Origin: Saccostrea cucullata
Lineage: Eukaryota
Direction: 5' to 3'
NCBI RefSeq assembly: GCF_032062105.1
Contig: NW_026937089.1
Span: forward strand, 1 to 64,000
Length of the DNA: 64,000 nucleotides
Shown: one piece after another, positions 52,132 through 64,000 of the stretch
Layout: each line of letters opens with the position of its first letter
How positions within the stretch are numbered: position 1 is the stretch's first letter
The notes under the pieces: generated by a model
What the model saw: the letters and a program-made list of their open reading frames with translations, nothing else
The model's database searches: none
Told to the model about the DNA's origin: nothing
Translations under genes and position numbers: made by a program

Positions 52132-52316
52132 TACTGTATATACTCGCCTATAAGTCGGTTTTTTGGGAGTTAATCTCTGGTCTAAAACTCTCTGTCCGAC
52201 TTATAGGCGAGCTATTAAAAGTATGGTTTTATATGATGTCAGTCCATCTGGTATACAAGCTTATTAAATACAACCGACTTATAGGCGGACTGACTTATAG
52301 GCAAGTATATACGGTA
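52132..52316. mobile_element. Pogo/Tigger-type MITE
   Basis: tactgtatatactcgcctataagtc ... gacttataggcaagtatatacggta. Confidence 0.7.
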
Positions 52317-53030
52317 CCTTATTTTGTCTAGTTTCTGCAGAAATGCTACAATGTTGATCATCTCTGAAGCAACAGTCTTAAAATTTTGTATCTCAAATTT
52401 GTATTGTTTTCAGATTTAAGCAAAAATAAAAGATTTGAAAAGAGTTTCCTAGTTTATTTTTTTCTTTAAACAATCATGAAAATGTTAACATTCACTGCCA
52501 AAACAAACAACGCACTTAATATACAAAGACTGGGACCAACACTTATTTACACACTGAAGAATTTATAACCTACAATATGGTTCAAATTCTTTTATGATCT
52601 GTGGTAGATTTTGACATTACTAGAAAGTGCTGTACAGGAAAAACACTGGGAATACTGACGTTGAAGTACAAAAACATATACAGTATATGCTACAGTCATC
52701 ACATGTACAAACAAATAATAACAATCTAAATTGACTACCGGTGCTTGGATTTGAGGAACCATTTACATGGTACTACATGTACTACTACATGTAATTGAAT
52801 ATAATCAATATATGTATGACGCAATGTCACTATGATATCACATATAAAAATATCACAGAAAAAAACTTGATCTGCAGATAATAAAGCATGTAAATGCTTG
52901 GCAAAGATCTTGTGGAAAGTTTAAGATGAAAAATATGTGTATGGAGTAAAATTGCCATGGACGGATTGGACTGGTTTTGTATCAAATTGATCACTTCTTT
53001 CAGGTTAGGTGTAGAGTAAAACTAGTCAGT

Positions 53031-56000
53031 TCAGGTTGGTTTTGGAATAAAACTAGGACCAGTGGCAGTGGAGGCAGATCTGGGGCGAACACTTGAGGAG
53101 TCCACTTTCTCAGCAGAGGACGGTAGACGTCGCTTTGTTGGACCACGCTGGACTTGGCGAGCTCGCGTTCCAAATCCCAGGCACTGTAGAGATTCTGTGA
53201 TGTACCTCTGGGCTGGGGAGACACATAAAAGTACCAGCAGCTTGGCATCTCCACCTGAAAAATAGTTCAGCAAGTCCTTTGAAGACATTTGCAAAGTTTT
53301 TCATATATGATACCAAAACGGAAATTTTATTTATTGATGGAAAAGAAAAATCTCACTACCACTATTCGTGTAATGTCGAAATTATATCCACAAATGATCC
53401 AGATAATTTCAAAAGTGTGTTGGTGATAGAATGACTTACTGTTGAAGTATTGTGTATTGGTGATACATGTAGAACTTAACAATAGAGTAAAAATGTTTGT
53501 GTATTGGTGATACATATAGAATGCTTTACCAATAGAGTATTTTTATTGGCAATAAAATGACTTGCCATTGGAATATTGATGTATTGGTGATGAATGACTA
53601 ACCAATGAGTCTTATTATTGGTGATGAATGACTTATGAGTCTTATGTATTTGTTATAGAATAGAATAACTTATCAATGATTCAAGTGTAGTGAAAATAGA
53701 ATGACTCATCATTTTTTATTGTATTGGTGATAGAATAACTCACCAACAGAATCTTGTATATTGCTGTCAGACAGAATAACTCACAAATAGAATCTTGTAT
53801 ATTTGAGATAAGAGTCTTGTGTGTTGAAGATAGAATGACTCATACTTAAGAGTCCTGTGCATTGGTGATAGACTTGCTAATGGAATCCATGGTATTTGAA
53901 AAGAATGACTTACCAATGGAGCCCTGTGTATTGGTGATAGAATGACTTATCAATAGAGCCCTGTGTATTGGTGATAATATGACTTACCAATGATGTCCTG
54001 TGTATCTTTGATAGAGTGACCTAACAAGGGGGTCTTGTGTTTTGGTGATGAATGACCTACCGATTGAGTCCTGTGTATTGGTGATAGGGTGACTTAACAA
54101 TGAAGTCCTGTGTATTGGTGATAGAGTGACTTAACAACGGAGTCCTGTGTATTGGTGATAGAGTGACTTAACAATGGAGTCCTGTGTATTGGTGATAGAG
54201 TGACTTAACAATGGAGTCCTGTGTATTGGTGATAGAGTGACTTAACAACGGAGTCCCATGCATTGGTGATAGTGTGACTTACCAATAGAGTCCTGTAGGA
54301 GATGGGTTAGCCTGGTATTCCTGTAGGGAACATGAGATCTGTGTTGATGATAGTGTGACTTACCAATAGAGTCCTGTAGGAGATGGGTTAGCCTGGTATT
54401 CCTGTAGGGAACATGAGATCTGTGTTGATGATAGTGTGACTTACCAAGAGTCCTGCAGGAGATGGGTTAGCCTGCTATTCCTGTAGGGAACATGAGATCT
54501 GTGTTGATGATAGTGTGACTTACCAAGAGTCCTGCAGGAGATGGGTAAGCCTGGTATTCCTGTAGGGAACATGAGATCTGTATTGGTGATATAGTATCTT
54601 ACCAATAGAGTCCTGCAGGAGATGGGTTAGCCTGGTATTCCTGTAGGGAACATGAGATCTGTATTGGTGATATAGTATCTTACCAATAGAGTCCTGCAGG
54701 AGATGGGTTAGCCTGGTATTCCTGTAGGGAACATGAGATCTGTATTGGTGATATAGTATCTTACCAATGTGTCCTGCAGGAGATGGGTTAGCCTGGTATT
54801 CCTGTAGGGAACATGAGATCTGTATTGCTGATAGTGTGACTTACCAAGAGTCCTGCAGGAGATGGGTAAGCCTGGTATTCCTGTAGGGAACATGAGATCT
54901 GTATTGGTGATATAGTATCTTACCAATAGAGTCCTGCAGGAGATGGGTTAGCCTGGTATTCCTGTAGGGAACATGAGATCTGTATTGGTGATATAGTATC
55001 TTACCAACAGAGTCCTGCAGGAGATGGGTTAGCCTGGTATTCCTGTAGGGAACATGAGATCTGTATTGGTGATATAGTATCTTACCAATAGAGTCCTGCA
55101 GGAGATGGGTTAGCCTGGTATTCCTGTAGGGAACATGAGATCTGTGTTGATGATAGTGTGACTTACCAATAGAGTCCTGTAGGAGATGGGTTAGCCTGGT
55201 ATTCCTGTAGGGAACATGAGATCTGTGTTGATGATAGTGTGACTTACCAAGAGTCCTGCAGGAGATGGGTTATATTCCTGTAGGGAACATGAGATCTGTG
55301 TTGTGATAGTGTGACTTACCAAGAGTCCTGCAGGAGATGGGTAAGCCTGTTATTCCTGTAGGGAACTTGAGATCTGTATTGTTGATATAGTATCTTACCA
55401 ATAGAGTCCTGCAGGAGATGGGTTAGCCTGGTATTCCTGTAGGGAACATGAGATCTGTATTGGTGATATAGTATCTTACCAATAGAGTCCTGCAGGAGAT
55501 GGGTTAGCCTGGTATTCCTGTAGGGAACATGAGATCTGTATTGGTGATATAGTATCTTACCAATAGAGTCCTGCAGGAGATGGGTTAGCCTGGTATTCCT
55601 GTAGGGAACATGAGATCTGTATTGCTGATAGTGTGACTTACCAAGAGTCCTGCAGGAGATGGGTAAGCCTGGTATTCCTGTAGGGAACATGAGATCTGTA
55701 TTGGTGATATAGTATCTTACCAATAGAGTCCTGCAGGAGATGGGTTAGCCTGGTATTCCTGTAGGGAACATGAGATCTGTATTGGTGATATAGTATCTTA
55801 CCAATAGAGTCCTGCAGGAGATGGGTTAGCCTGGTATTCCTGTAGGGAACATGAGATCTGTATTGGTGATATAGTATCTTACCAATAGAGTCCTGCAGGA
55901 GATGGGTTAGCCTGGTATTCCTGTAGGGAACATGAGATCTGTATTGCTGATAGTGTGACTTACCAAGAGTCCTGCAGGAGATGGGTTAGCCTGGTATTCC

Positions 56001-59000
56001 TGTAGGGAACATGAGATCTGTATTGGTGATAGTGTGACTTACCAATAGAGTCCTGCAGGAGATGGGTAAGCCTGGTATTCCTGTAGGGAACATGAGATCT
56101 GTGTTCTGCCAGGGCTCCCAGGACATCAGCAAGGGCTGATAAACTCTTGTTGATGTTGGACGCTTCCCTGAGAGCAGCACCCTTCACTCCACTCATACCT
56201 TACAGAAAGGATAGAAATACATTTACAATGCAATTATACAAGTTAGATTGTCAATATGTACTTAGGTCTCCTTATCTACATACAGAAAACAAAAATATAG
56301 AGTTATCAATATCGGTGAAATATTTAATTTTAGCAAGACTCAAATTTAGCAATTTGTCCTTAAAAATCAGGATTAAATTTTAGTGAGAAGCCATTTTAGA
56401 AATTTTATAGTGCATAGATAAATAAAGATAACTTATAATGCGGAATAAATTTTAAGCAATGTGGAAATTTAGCAAATCTTAACACACTCCGTAAAAATCA
56501 AAAATAAAGATTTCCAAATCCAACTGCTGTTCTTAATATAATAGGATATTTCCTTACCCACACATTCACTTCCAGCTAAGTCGACAAGCTGAAGCTTAGT
56601 GCGGATCACGGCTCCCATCCCTGGGACAGAGGCTGCTGATTGGTCAGCACCAGACCAGGTGTTGGACAGGTTACCAAGGTTAGGGGCAGAGGACGTGGAA
56701 TAGGATCGCCCTCTTATATCACGCTGTACTGAAAAATTCAAAGACAAGAGTGATTATTCTTTACTGTTTATGGTACATCTAAATCCAGATTAACTTGATT
56801 GGTTTTTCAACAGAGATATAGTCAAATATATGCATATATATATAAGGGGAAAGTACTTTAAATATATGTCAAAAAAGAAACAAACAGATAAATAGAAATG
56901 CAAGAAAAATACAATCCTTTTAATCCCACATTAAGCAACTGTAACAGTTTTTACTATATATATATAGACTTCATATATATCAAAATTTACCTATCCATTA
57001 ATGAGAAACTTTGAAAAAATATTTTGTTTTGACAGCTTAGCAGTTAAATAATTTCTTCTAAAACTGTATAATGTGCACATATGGAATAAGAAAACTTCTA
57101 ACTTTAGTTAGTAAAATGTTTAATTGGATTTTTAAAAGAGGTGTATAGTACCAAAAATCACACCCACTCCACGGGTATATTTGTGAGAGATAGAAAAAGG
57201 AAACATTTGATACATGTATCAAAATGATTTTTATTGTTGTTATTTCATATAAAAACTGAAAGGTAAAAGGTACCAATGATACAATATTAATAAATGTCTC
57301 TATTCACTTACAATGGTAATTTTTGTTTGTTGGAATTTTTAATTCTTTAATCTTTGGGTTTTTTATTTACTATTTAAATATTGAAGAATTTACATAAATA
57401 ATTAAATGCACTTTTTCTGAAAAAGGTTAAAAGTTTTTCTTAAAAGCTGAAAATTTTACTCAAAAGGGAAATCAAAACATTTTATTCTAAAAAAATACAT
57501 ATATTTCACTAATTATTCATTTTTTAAAAAATGCATAAAATACGATTATAATATTTTGTAGTGCAAATAGATGTACATGTACAACCAGATGTAAAACCAG
57601 ATTGAGTCGCTATAGACAAAGTCAGTTAAAAACCTGTTAATATGGTTACATTAATATTTTAATTCTACCAATAAATGAAATTTGAATCAAATTGAATGCT
57701 ACTGTTATAAATATATCCTGTGTTTTAAATGCCTTTCTGTTTTTCCATATATCTTTTCCTTCACGATTGCAAAGCTTTGTTTGGTAAATGCTGAACTTCT
57801 CTAAAGTTAACCAGAGACATACATGTATTTGTCTCTGAGTTAACATGGCAAAAGCCAATGGATGAAAAAAGAACACCAAGACTGAAAATAAATTCAATGA
57901 GGTAACACAACCAAAAGATTCAGGAAAAAAGATCTGAAAACAAAACTGTAAAGGAACACTGAACTAAACCAACCAGAGTAGACTTATTGGTAAACAAACA
58001 GGTTTTTGTCTTTGGGACAACAAACTTACTAATTTTGAGATTAGAAGGAATATTATTGAAGAAATCCTTGAAATGTTTTGTCGACCTTGGTGAATTTGGT
58101 GACCTAGGTGAACTCACTAATAAAGTAAAAAATGCAAGAATTCACAGACAAAATGAAAATCAAATAGATTTTAATATGTACTGAATACTCTTTAAATCAT
58201 TTGCAGACCTATTTCGAGAGATCAAAAAGGAAACTTTATTCATGTAATTGTATTTAAAATCAAAGTTTTATTTTTTACGAAAAAAATGGAAAGAAATTTT
58301 TTTTGTAATTTGGTATCTATGAAATACTCAAGCTTAAAAGTAGCTATATAACAAAAGAATTGTACCTTTTTATCACAACCAATAACATCCCCATGCATAC
58401 AAAAATTAATGAAACCATAGTATACAATGAATATATGTATATATATTATTTTTCACACTATATAACTTATATTTACATTTGCAAATGTTTTCCTTTATAT
58501 AACGCCACTGAAAGCAATGCATATCTATAACTGTATAAATACAGGTACAGGGTCAAGAGGTCATAGGCGTGCAATATAAACGTACACAGAAAAAAATTTC
58601 TCTGTGATGTCATAATGGGTCAACGCGCGTTCAGTGGATTACATACATGCCGCTGGGTTTGAAAAATAATGCATTTCAAACGTTAAAAGTCACACACAAT
58701 CAGGTAAATATAACGTATGAATAAGTCACAAATGTAAATATAAGTAATAAGGTAACATTCTAAAACATCTATCGGGCTATGTTGAACAAGACACATAAAT
58801 TCATCATAAACTGCCCTTCTGGCTTTAGTAAATCTTATTGTTAGTTGTATCAGGCTCCTATTTATATCCCGACAGATATTTAAAAATGATACCTTATTTC
58901 TTAATTACACTGCATGTTTAAGAAATATGATTGAAAAATACATCATTTTCATGTGAATAAATATGCATGTCTATAGTAAACACAATCACATTAGCAATAT

Positions 59001-62000
59001 AAATACAACACACTGAAAAAATGACAATAGAACAGAATACATACAATCTTGAGAAGATCCTGAAGAAGTCTTGGAGAAGAAGCTTGGAGCCTGGGAAATA
59101 ACGGTCAAGGTCACCACAAGGTGAGAACGACTCGAGTGTTCATGTACCATGGTTGCCGATTCTCTCCTGGTTCTGAGGCCATGTTGAACAAGACACATGA
59201 CATCATAAACAGTGTCCACCTGTCTGTAATTAGTAAATGTACATGTATATATGTTAGTTGTAGCAGGCTTAAAATGAAATATGACTGTCTAGCTGATATA
59301 AACTTCTTACTTTGACAACAGCATAGAAACATTGACTGTACCATCAGTACTTAATTACTAAAACTGCCTATCTGATAAAAGCTTCCTTACTTTGAGGACA
59401 GTGTAGAAACACTGACTGCCTGGTTGATACAATACTTACTTTGAGGACAGTGTAGGAAGGTTGACTGCCTAGCTGATATAATACTTACTTTGAGGACAGT
59501 GTGGGTACACTGACTGTGCCATCAGTACTTGTGTTGATGTCATGTTTGATACTGGGGTCATTACTGAGAAGATCCCTGATCTCGTTGTTGTATATCTCCA
59601 GCACAGACACCTCTATCTTGTGTGTGGCTGATTGTTTCTCTGATATTAACCTTCCATGAAAGAAATCAACTTAATGTGTTATTTTCATTACCTTAGATAA
59701 AGTTCATTTATGATTATAAATTTCAATCCTCATTAAAGACTTGTTACGGATACAATTATAAACCACTACCTAAAGAGTTCTCTTGCTGCCCGTGGTATGA
59801 CCCCTTCATCTCTGTGGGGATCCCTAGAGGGGTTGTAATCTTCGTTTTTATGACTCCCCAGCATGGTATGTGTCTTACCACTCCCTGTCTGTCCATAGGC
59901 CATAATACAAATATTGTACCTGTCCAAAATACATGTACCATAATTCAAATATTGTACCTGTCCAAAATACATGTACCATAATATAAATATGTACCTGTCC
60001 AATATACATGTACCATACCCTGGTAATACAAATTTTGTACCTGTTCAAAATACATAGGCCATAATACAAATATTGTACCTTTCCAAAATACATAGGCCAT
60101 AATACAAATATTGTACCTTTTCAAAATACATGTGTCATACATGTAATACAAATATGCTTTATGCAATATCCAATGACCGTTAAGCTTACCCATCCAACAG
60201 GGAAGTTAACATCGGCTGAACTTCTTCAAAGATATCATTCTGGGACTCTGTAGGGCTAAACACTCTGTAAAATAAGATTTAAAAGTCAATGTGATATATG
60301 ATAAATATAAATTAAAAAAAATTATTCTTAGTGAAGACTTACCTCTCATATTCAAAAACTTTGTTGTGTTTTGCTGTACGACAGCAAACATTCTCCTGAA
60401 ATTGGAAGAGAATTTTGTCCAAACACCTGAACAGTGTAACACATATTTTTTCACGCATGAAAATACATAAACAGTTACCTTTTTTGTTATACTAATTTCT
60501 CTGTTAATTATAATTAAAGACAATCTTGAATATTCTTTCTGAGTCACACTTACATCATCAACAAAATGCACCACCACTTCTGAGCGAGTGCCTGGCCTGC
60601 AAAGATATTCATAAACAAAATTTTGATAATACATTTTAAAAAAACTTACAGCTGATACTTATAGGTCTAGACTTTCCATAATCAATAGTATACATATTGT
60701 GATTTCAAAGGAGGCTACCCCTAAAAAATTATATCTGATGGAATGAAATTTTTTTGCTATGAAATGTATATGTTGTAATAAAAGGCAAGTGTTTCAGTAT
60801 GACATTGACATCATTCCAAAATCTTTTAAAGTCTGAAAGTAAACTGTTTTTTCTTCATAAAAAAGCAATAAATCATTCAGAAATCTTACTTTCCTAGAGA
60901 TCCAGAATCCTCATTCCCGCAGTCAAACTCCATCAGTGGGCGAATTCTACAGTGAACTCGGATATTTCCTCTCAACTCCTGAGAAAACATAAAACAATCT
61001 TGAATCCATATTCTCATTCTCCACCATCAAGCTACTGTATATAAACCAAAATATAAATTTGCAACCAATCTCAAAATGACTTGTTATCCACTGTATTTGA
61101 CTTTTTGGTTCACATTTACAGGGAGACAACTCAGTCTTTGGTAAATTTAATGTCGTTGGTGAGTTCCCTTAATTTTAGACTGACCATGAGGATATTGTGA
61201 AGCTCCTGTCTCCGTTTCTTCTCCTTGGCGTGCCGCTCCGTGATCTCCTGTAGAGCCAGCTCCATATTGGTCACCTGCGACTGGAGAGAGGTCATGCTGG
61301 AATTCTGGGATTGAAACACCTGCCTGTGGCGCTGGACTACTTTGTTGGCCTGAGTGGTGTACTTCTGAAACTCCTCAGGTATATCTATGGCAATGGACTG
61401 GAGTGATCTGAGATCATTTCTAATGGTCTAAAAATAAAATACAATTTTTTTCTAAATCCAAGTAGTATCATGTGAGAAAGACTTTCAAGGAATCTTGATA
61501 GTATTTGAATAATATTCAAAAGAAAAGTGTTGAAAACTGATACTGATAAAATTATGCTGAAATAGTACCTGTAAGTATATTCTAAAAGAACATGTAAAGA
61601 AAGAGAAAGAGAGGGAGCAGAGACAGATCTATATAACAATATGTCTTTGAAGTACACTTTTCATTCAATTTATTGATTGTTTATTATAAAGTAATTTGAG
61701 GTATACCTCTAACTCTCTGTGTAACTTAATTGCTGTCCCTGATACGTCACTACGGAACTGCTGCTCCGACTCCACCTGGCCATTGAGTGAGGAGTTTTCT
61801 TGTCTGACACTTTGCACTGTGCCATGTAGTTGAGCAAGTTTGAGATACAACATTGCATTTTCAGTTTCAAGCTGGGCAACTCTCTCATCTTTTGCCTAGA
61901 AAAGGATAAAGTACTTGTACTTAACAGGTCCAGTACAATCAGTACATTTAGCTACGTAGGTAGAATTACCTACGTAGCTTTATTTACCTACCTCAGGTAG

Positions 62001-62887
62001 CTTGATTTAGCTACCAAATGAATTTATTTCTATAAAAAAGCAATTTTCTCAGGATGTGCAAAAACTATCATTTTGATGCAGTGATCATTTTCAACTTTGA
62101 ACTCATCTGAAAACAATTCATGAAAAATTCCCTCTTGAAGAAATGTCTTTTTCTGCGCAATTGAAATCAAAGTTTTGGGGCTATGTATGACAGTTAGAGC
62201 AGTTACTCCTTGAATGAAATGACAAAGAAATCCAGTTCTGTTTAACACGATAATAGGTCAGTAATTATTCAGCACAATGTGAAGTAATCATACTCAGTCA
62301 TGCCTCACCGCACGGACAGCTAACCAAACAATGGATTATATGTTTTGCTCTAAATTGACCAAACACAGCGATGTTTAAACTATCTCTGCTTTGGAATGTT
62401 TTTTAAAGTCTCCCTAGTATAAATATCAATAGTCATTTAACTGCGATTTTTTGTCTCTTTTCCATAAAAAGAAAACTTACATTGAAATAGCTAAATCAAG
62501 CTACCTGAGGTAGGTAAATAAAGCTACGTAGGTAATTCTACCTACGTAGCTAAATGTACTGATTGTACTGGACCTGCTTAACGGCTTACGTTTTTTTCCC
62601 TTCAAATTTTGTTGCTTTTTTCGGACGGAGGGGGTATCATAATACTAAATACACAAACTTTTAACATTTCCAAATCCTGATTCGATAAAACATTAGTCTA
62701 TATGATTTTATTATGTCAATACTTAATGTCTGTGAATTCCTGTGTTTTGTGTTGTATTTTGAATTTTCCCTGCATTTATCGGGTTGAATATACCCATATC
62801 TAATGCTTTCCAACTTACATGTATTTCTTTCTCTTGTCTTTTAACCTTTTCTGCATAAAAGTGTGTTCTGTCTATGCCTAGTGGCAT
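53031..62887 (-). CDS. KIF25: Kinesin-like protein KIF25 (kinesin-14 type, C-terminal motor), 13 exons
   Basis: Exons (minus): 62819-62887, 61707-61895 ([21 protein letters not shown]), 61185-61427, 60890-60978 ([14 protein letters not shown]), 60554-60596, 60343-60395, 60190-60264, 59770-59919 ([19 protein letters not shown]), 59489-59650 ([11 protein letters not shown]), 59045-59223 (VHEHSSRSH), 56558-56728 ([12 protein letters not shown]), 56043-56198 ([30 protein letters not shown]), 53031-53254. HxxSSRSH and DLAGSEC variants are KIF25-like. Confidence 0.9.
53420..54280. repeat. Older, diverging ~38-bp tandem array derived from the KIF25 exon-12 donor region
   Basis: Unit aatggagtcctgtgtattggtgatagagtgacttaac, becoming progressively more degenerate toward 53420. 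Confidence 0.85.
54270..56105. repeat. 79-81-bp tandem array (22 extra copies) of the KIF25 exon-12 3' end plus 5' splice site
   Basis: Unit accaatagagtcctgcaggagatgggttagcctggtattcctgtagggaacatgagatctgtattggtgatatagtatctt. On the minus strand: [19 protein letters not shown] codons followed by G|GTAAG. Confidence 0.95.
59295..59530. repeat. ~49-bp repeats duplicating the KIF25 exon-9 end and donor
   Basis: cttactttgaggacagtgt..ctgactg copies give donors at 59488 (genuine), 59439, 59390 and a more diverged copy at 59310. Confidence 0.85.
59894..60155. repeat. ~38-bp repeats duplicating the KIF25 exon-8 acceptor and exon start
   Basis: cataggccataatacaaatattgtacctgtccaaaata copies give AG acceptors at 59920 (genuine), 59958, 59995, 60041, 60079, 60117. 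Confidence 0.9.
61925..62576. mobile_element. Young MITE with ~87-bp perfect TIRs and 5-bp TSD (CTTAA) in KIF25 intron 1
   Basis: cttaa|caggtccagtacaatcagtacatttagctacgtaggtag... / ...ctacctacgtagctaaatgtactgattgtactggacctg|cttaa. Confidence 0.9.
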
Positions 62888-63068
62888 GTTTTCTACTGAA
62901 TAATTCACTTTTCACAGATTCATTGAAAAACGCGTCTGAACACAACAAACCATCGAATACTTCGGATATCTATATTGAAAGAGTGTGATAACTCCGAATG
63001 TGTACCGAAAGCTACTTTCACTTTTGTTCCTCCCCATTCTGGAGAATTCCATTTCCGTCAACAAAACC
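62888..63068. promoter_or_regulatory. Putative bidirectional promoter between KIF25 and TTLL12
   Basis: The divergent ATGs are only 181 bp apart. Confidence 0.65.
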
Positions 63069-63221
63069 ATGCCTCATCTCACGAAAGATGAAGAGGTTAA
63101 AGAATCAGACCAGCAACCTAATGAATATCATCAATTTGTAGAATCTCATGGAACTCAGCTGATTGCTTCCGGAGTTCCAGATTACTATTGGCCGAAACTT
63201 TTCGAAAAACTGAGCAAAGAG
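63069..63221 (+). CDS. TTLL12: Tubulin-tyrosine ligase-like 12, first coding exon (gene continues beyond window)
   Basis: MPHLTKDEEV...EYHQFVESHGTQLIASGVPDYYWPKLFEKLSKE|GT resembles the TTLL12 N-terminal motif (F...HG..L.ASGVP..YW..L..KL..E-VFDAG). Confidence 0.8.
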
Positions 63222-64000
63222 GTAGACATTCTTTATATTGCAGTATTGTACATGGCTACATGCCAGTATGCAATGTCAGTGCTCATCATGACATGTACAT
63301 GTTGTAAATATTTTCTTGTATGTATGGTATAAAAATTTCACAATGGGTCCATTGTCACAAACTTTGAGAATAAAAAAAATCTCCATTTAACTCTTCAGAA
63401 ATACTTAGTTGACAGCTAACACTATTCTCAAAATTGCTGTCATAAAATTGAGAACACCCCCAGACTGAGACCCAAGACAACTATGATTTATGATGGTAGA
63501 CCCAAAAGTTTTTCTTTAGTTAGTGTCGATCATCAGTCCACCAGGTTTACTTGTTCTTGGGTTACAATGTACTTGAGTAAATTGAATGTCCTAGCACTCT
63601 CTTGATGTTTACGCTTACATGTATAAGAGGAAAGAAGACATTTATATTTTATTGCTAGACCTGGAAGTGAACACAGGACCCCGGTATTTTAAGTTAAATT
63701 CTCAAATCACTGAGCTACCGAGGCTGATATATATGATCCATATGGCTCAAACCACTACATTCCCCTTTTGAATGATCATCGTCCTTGATTTTTGTAGACA
63801 TTCTGGATTCTTTAGTCCCTGATAGGACTTTCAACTGCAAGTCTTTATTATGTGTTCATGTGTGGAGAGAGGATGGGGGTTTCCACATAACCCAAATCAT
63901 CAGAGTCTAAAATCAGGGTCACAGCACCAAATGAAAATATTTGGTTTATCTGGGAATTAGATCTGGGCCTCTACATTACTACATATTAGTCAGGTGCTCT

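Noticed and set aside
54708-55723. ORFs with repeated kinesin peptide (135 aa, 72 aa)
   Set aside because: By-products of the 81-bp repeat, not independent genes.
54270-56105. CRISPR-like regular array
   Set aside because: There are no unique spacers. Units are head-to-tail copies of a kinesin exon end in eukaryotic DNA, and no cas genes are present.
58086-58116. Possible KIF25 micro-exon (SSPRSPNSP)
   Set aside because: It has a plausible acceptor, but 31 nt breaks the frame between exons 10 and 11, which already join in phase, and the donor is weak. It would need an unidentified partner exon.
63655-63725. tRNA-like sequence on the minus strand
   Set aside because: Degenerate and cannot be folded into a full cloverleaf; more likely a SINE head remnant.

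Overview
Eukaryotic, AT-rich, intron-containing animal DNA. It is most likely a bivalve (oyster family), inferred from ~166-bp satellite-carrying Helentron-type elements and the MITE repertoire. Gene models were assembled by hand from GT-AG boundaries with phase checks. In order: (1) A minus-strand tandem cluster (3.3-20.0 kb) of two intact secreted-protein genes with signal peptide-PAN/Apple-EGF-like-Sushi-TARSH/FNDC1 C-terminal domain architecture, plus a decayed exon-1 copy between them. (2) RABL2 (27845-33399, -) with a perfect RFX X-box upstream. (3) An orphan type I membrane protein (35149-38573, -). (4) A B-box zinc finger fused to an atypical CAAX-terminated Rho-like GTPase with degenerate catalytic motifs (40764-43627, +). 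(5) A LIPA/LIPF-family acid lipase (44624-51708, +). (6) KIF25 kinesin (53031-62887, -), with three tandem arrays that amplify its own splice sites. (7) The first coding exon of TTLL12 (63069-63221, +), head-to-head with KIF25. Introns and intergenic DNA carry many non-autonomous DNA transposons, Penelope-like RT fragments, microsatellites and one 132-N gap. The best candidates for novelty are the B-box/Rho fusion, the PAN-EGF-Sushi-TARSH_C family and the splice-site tandem arrays.
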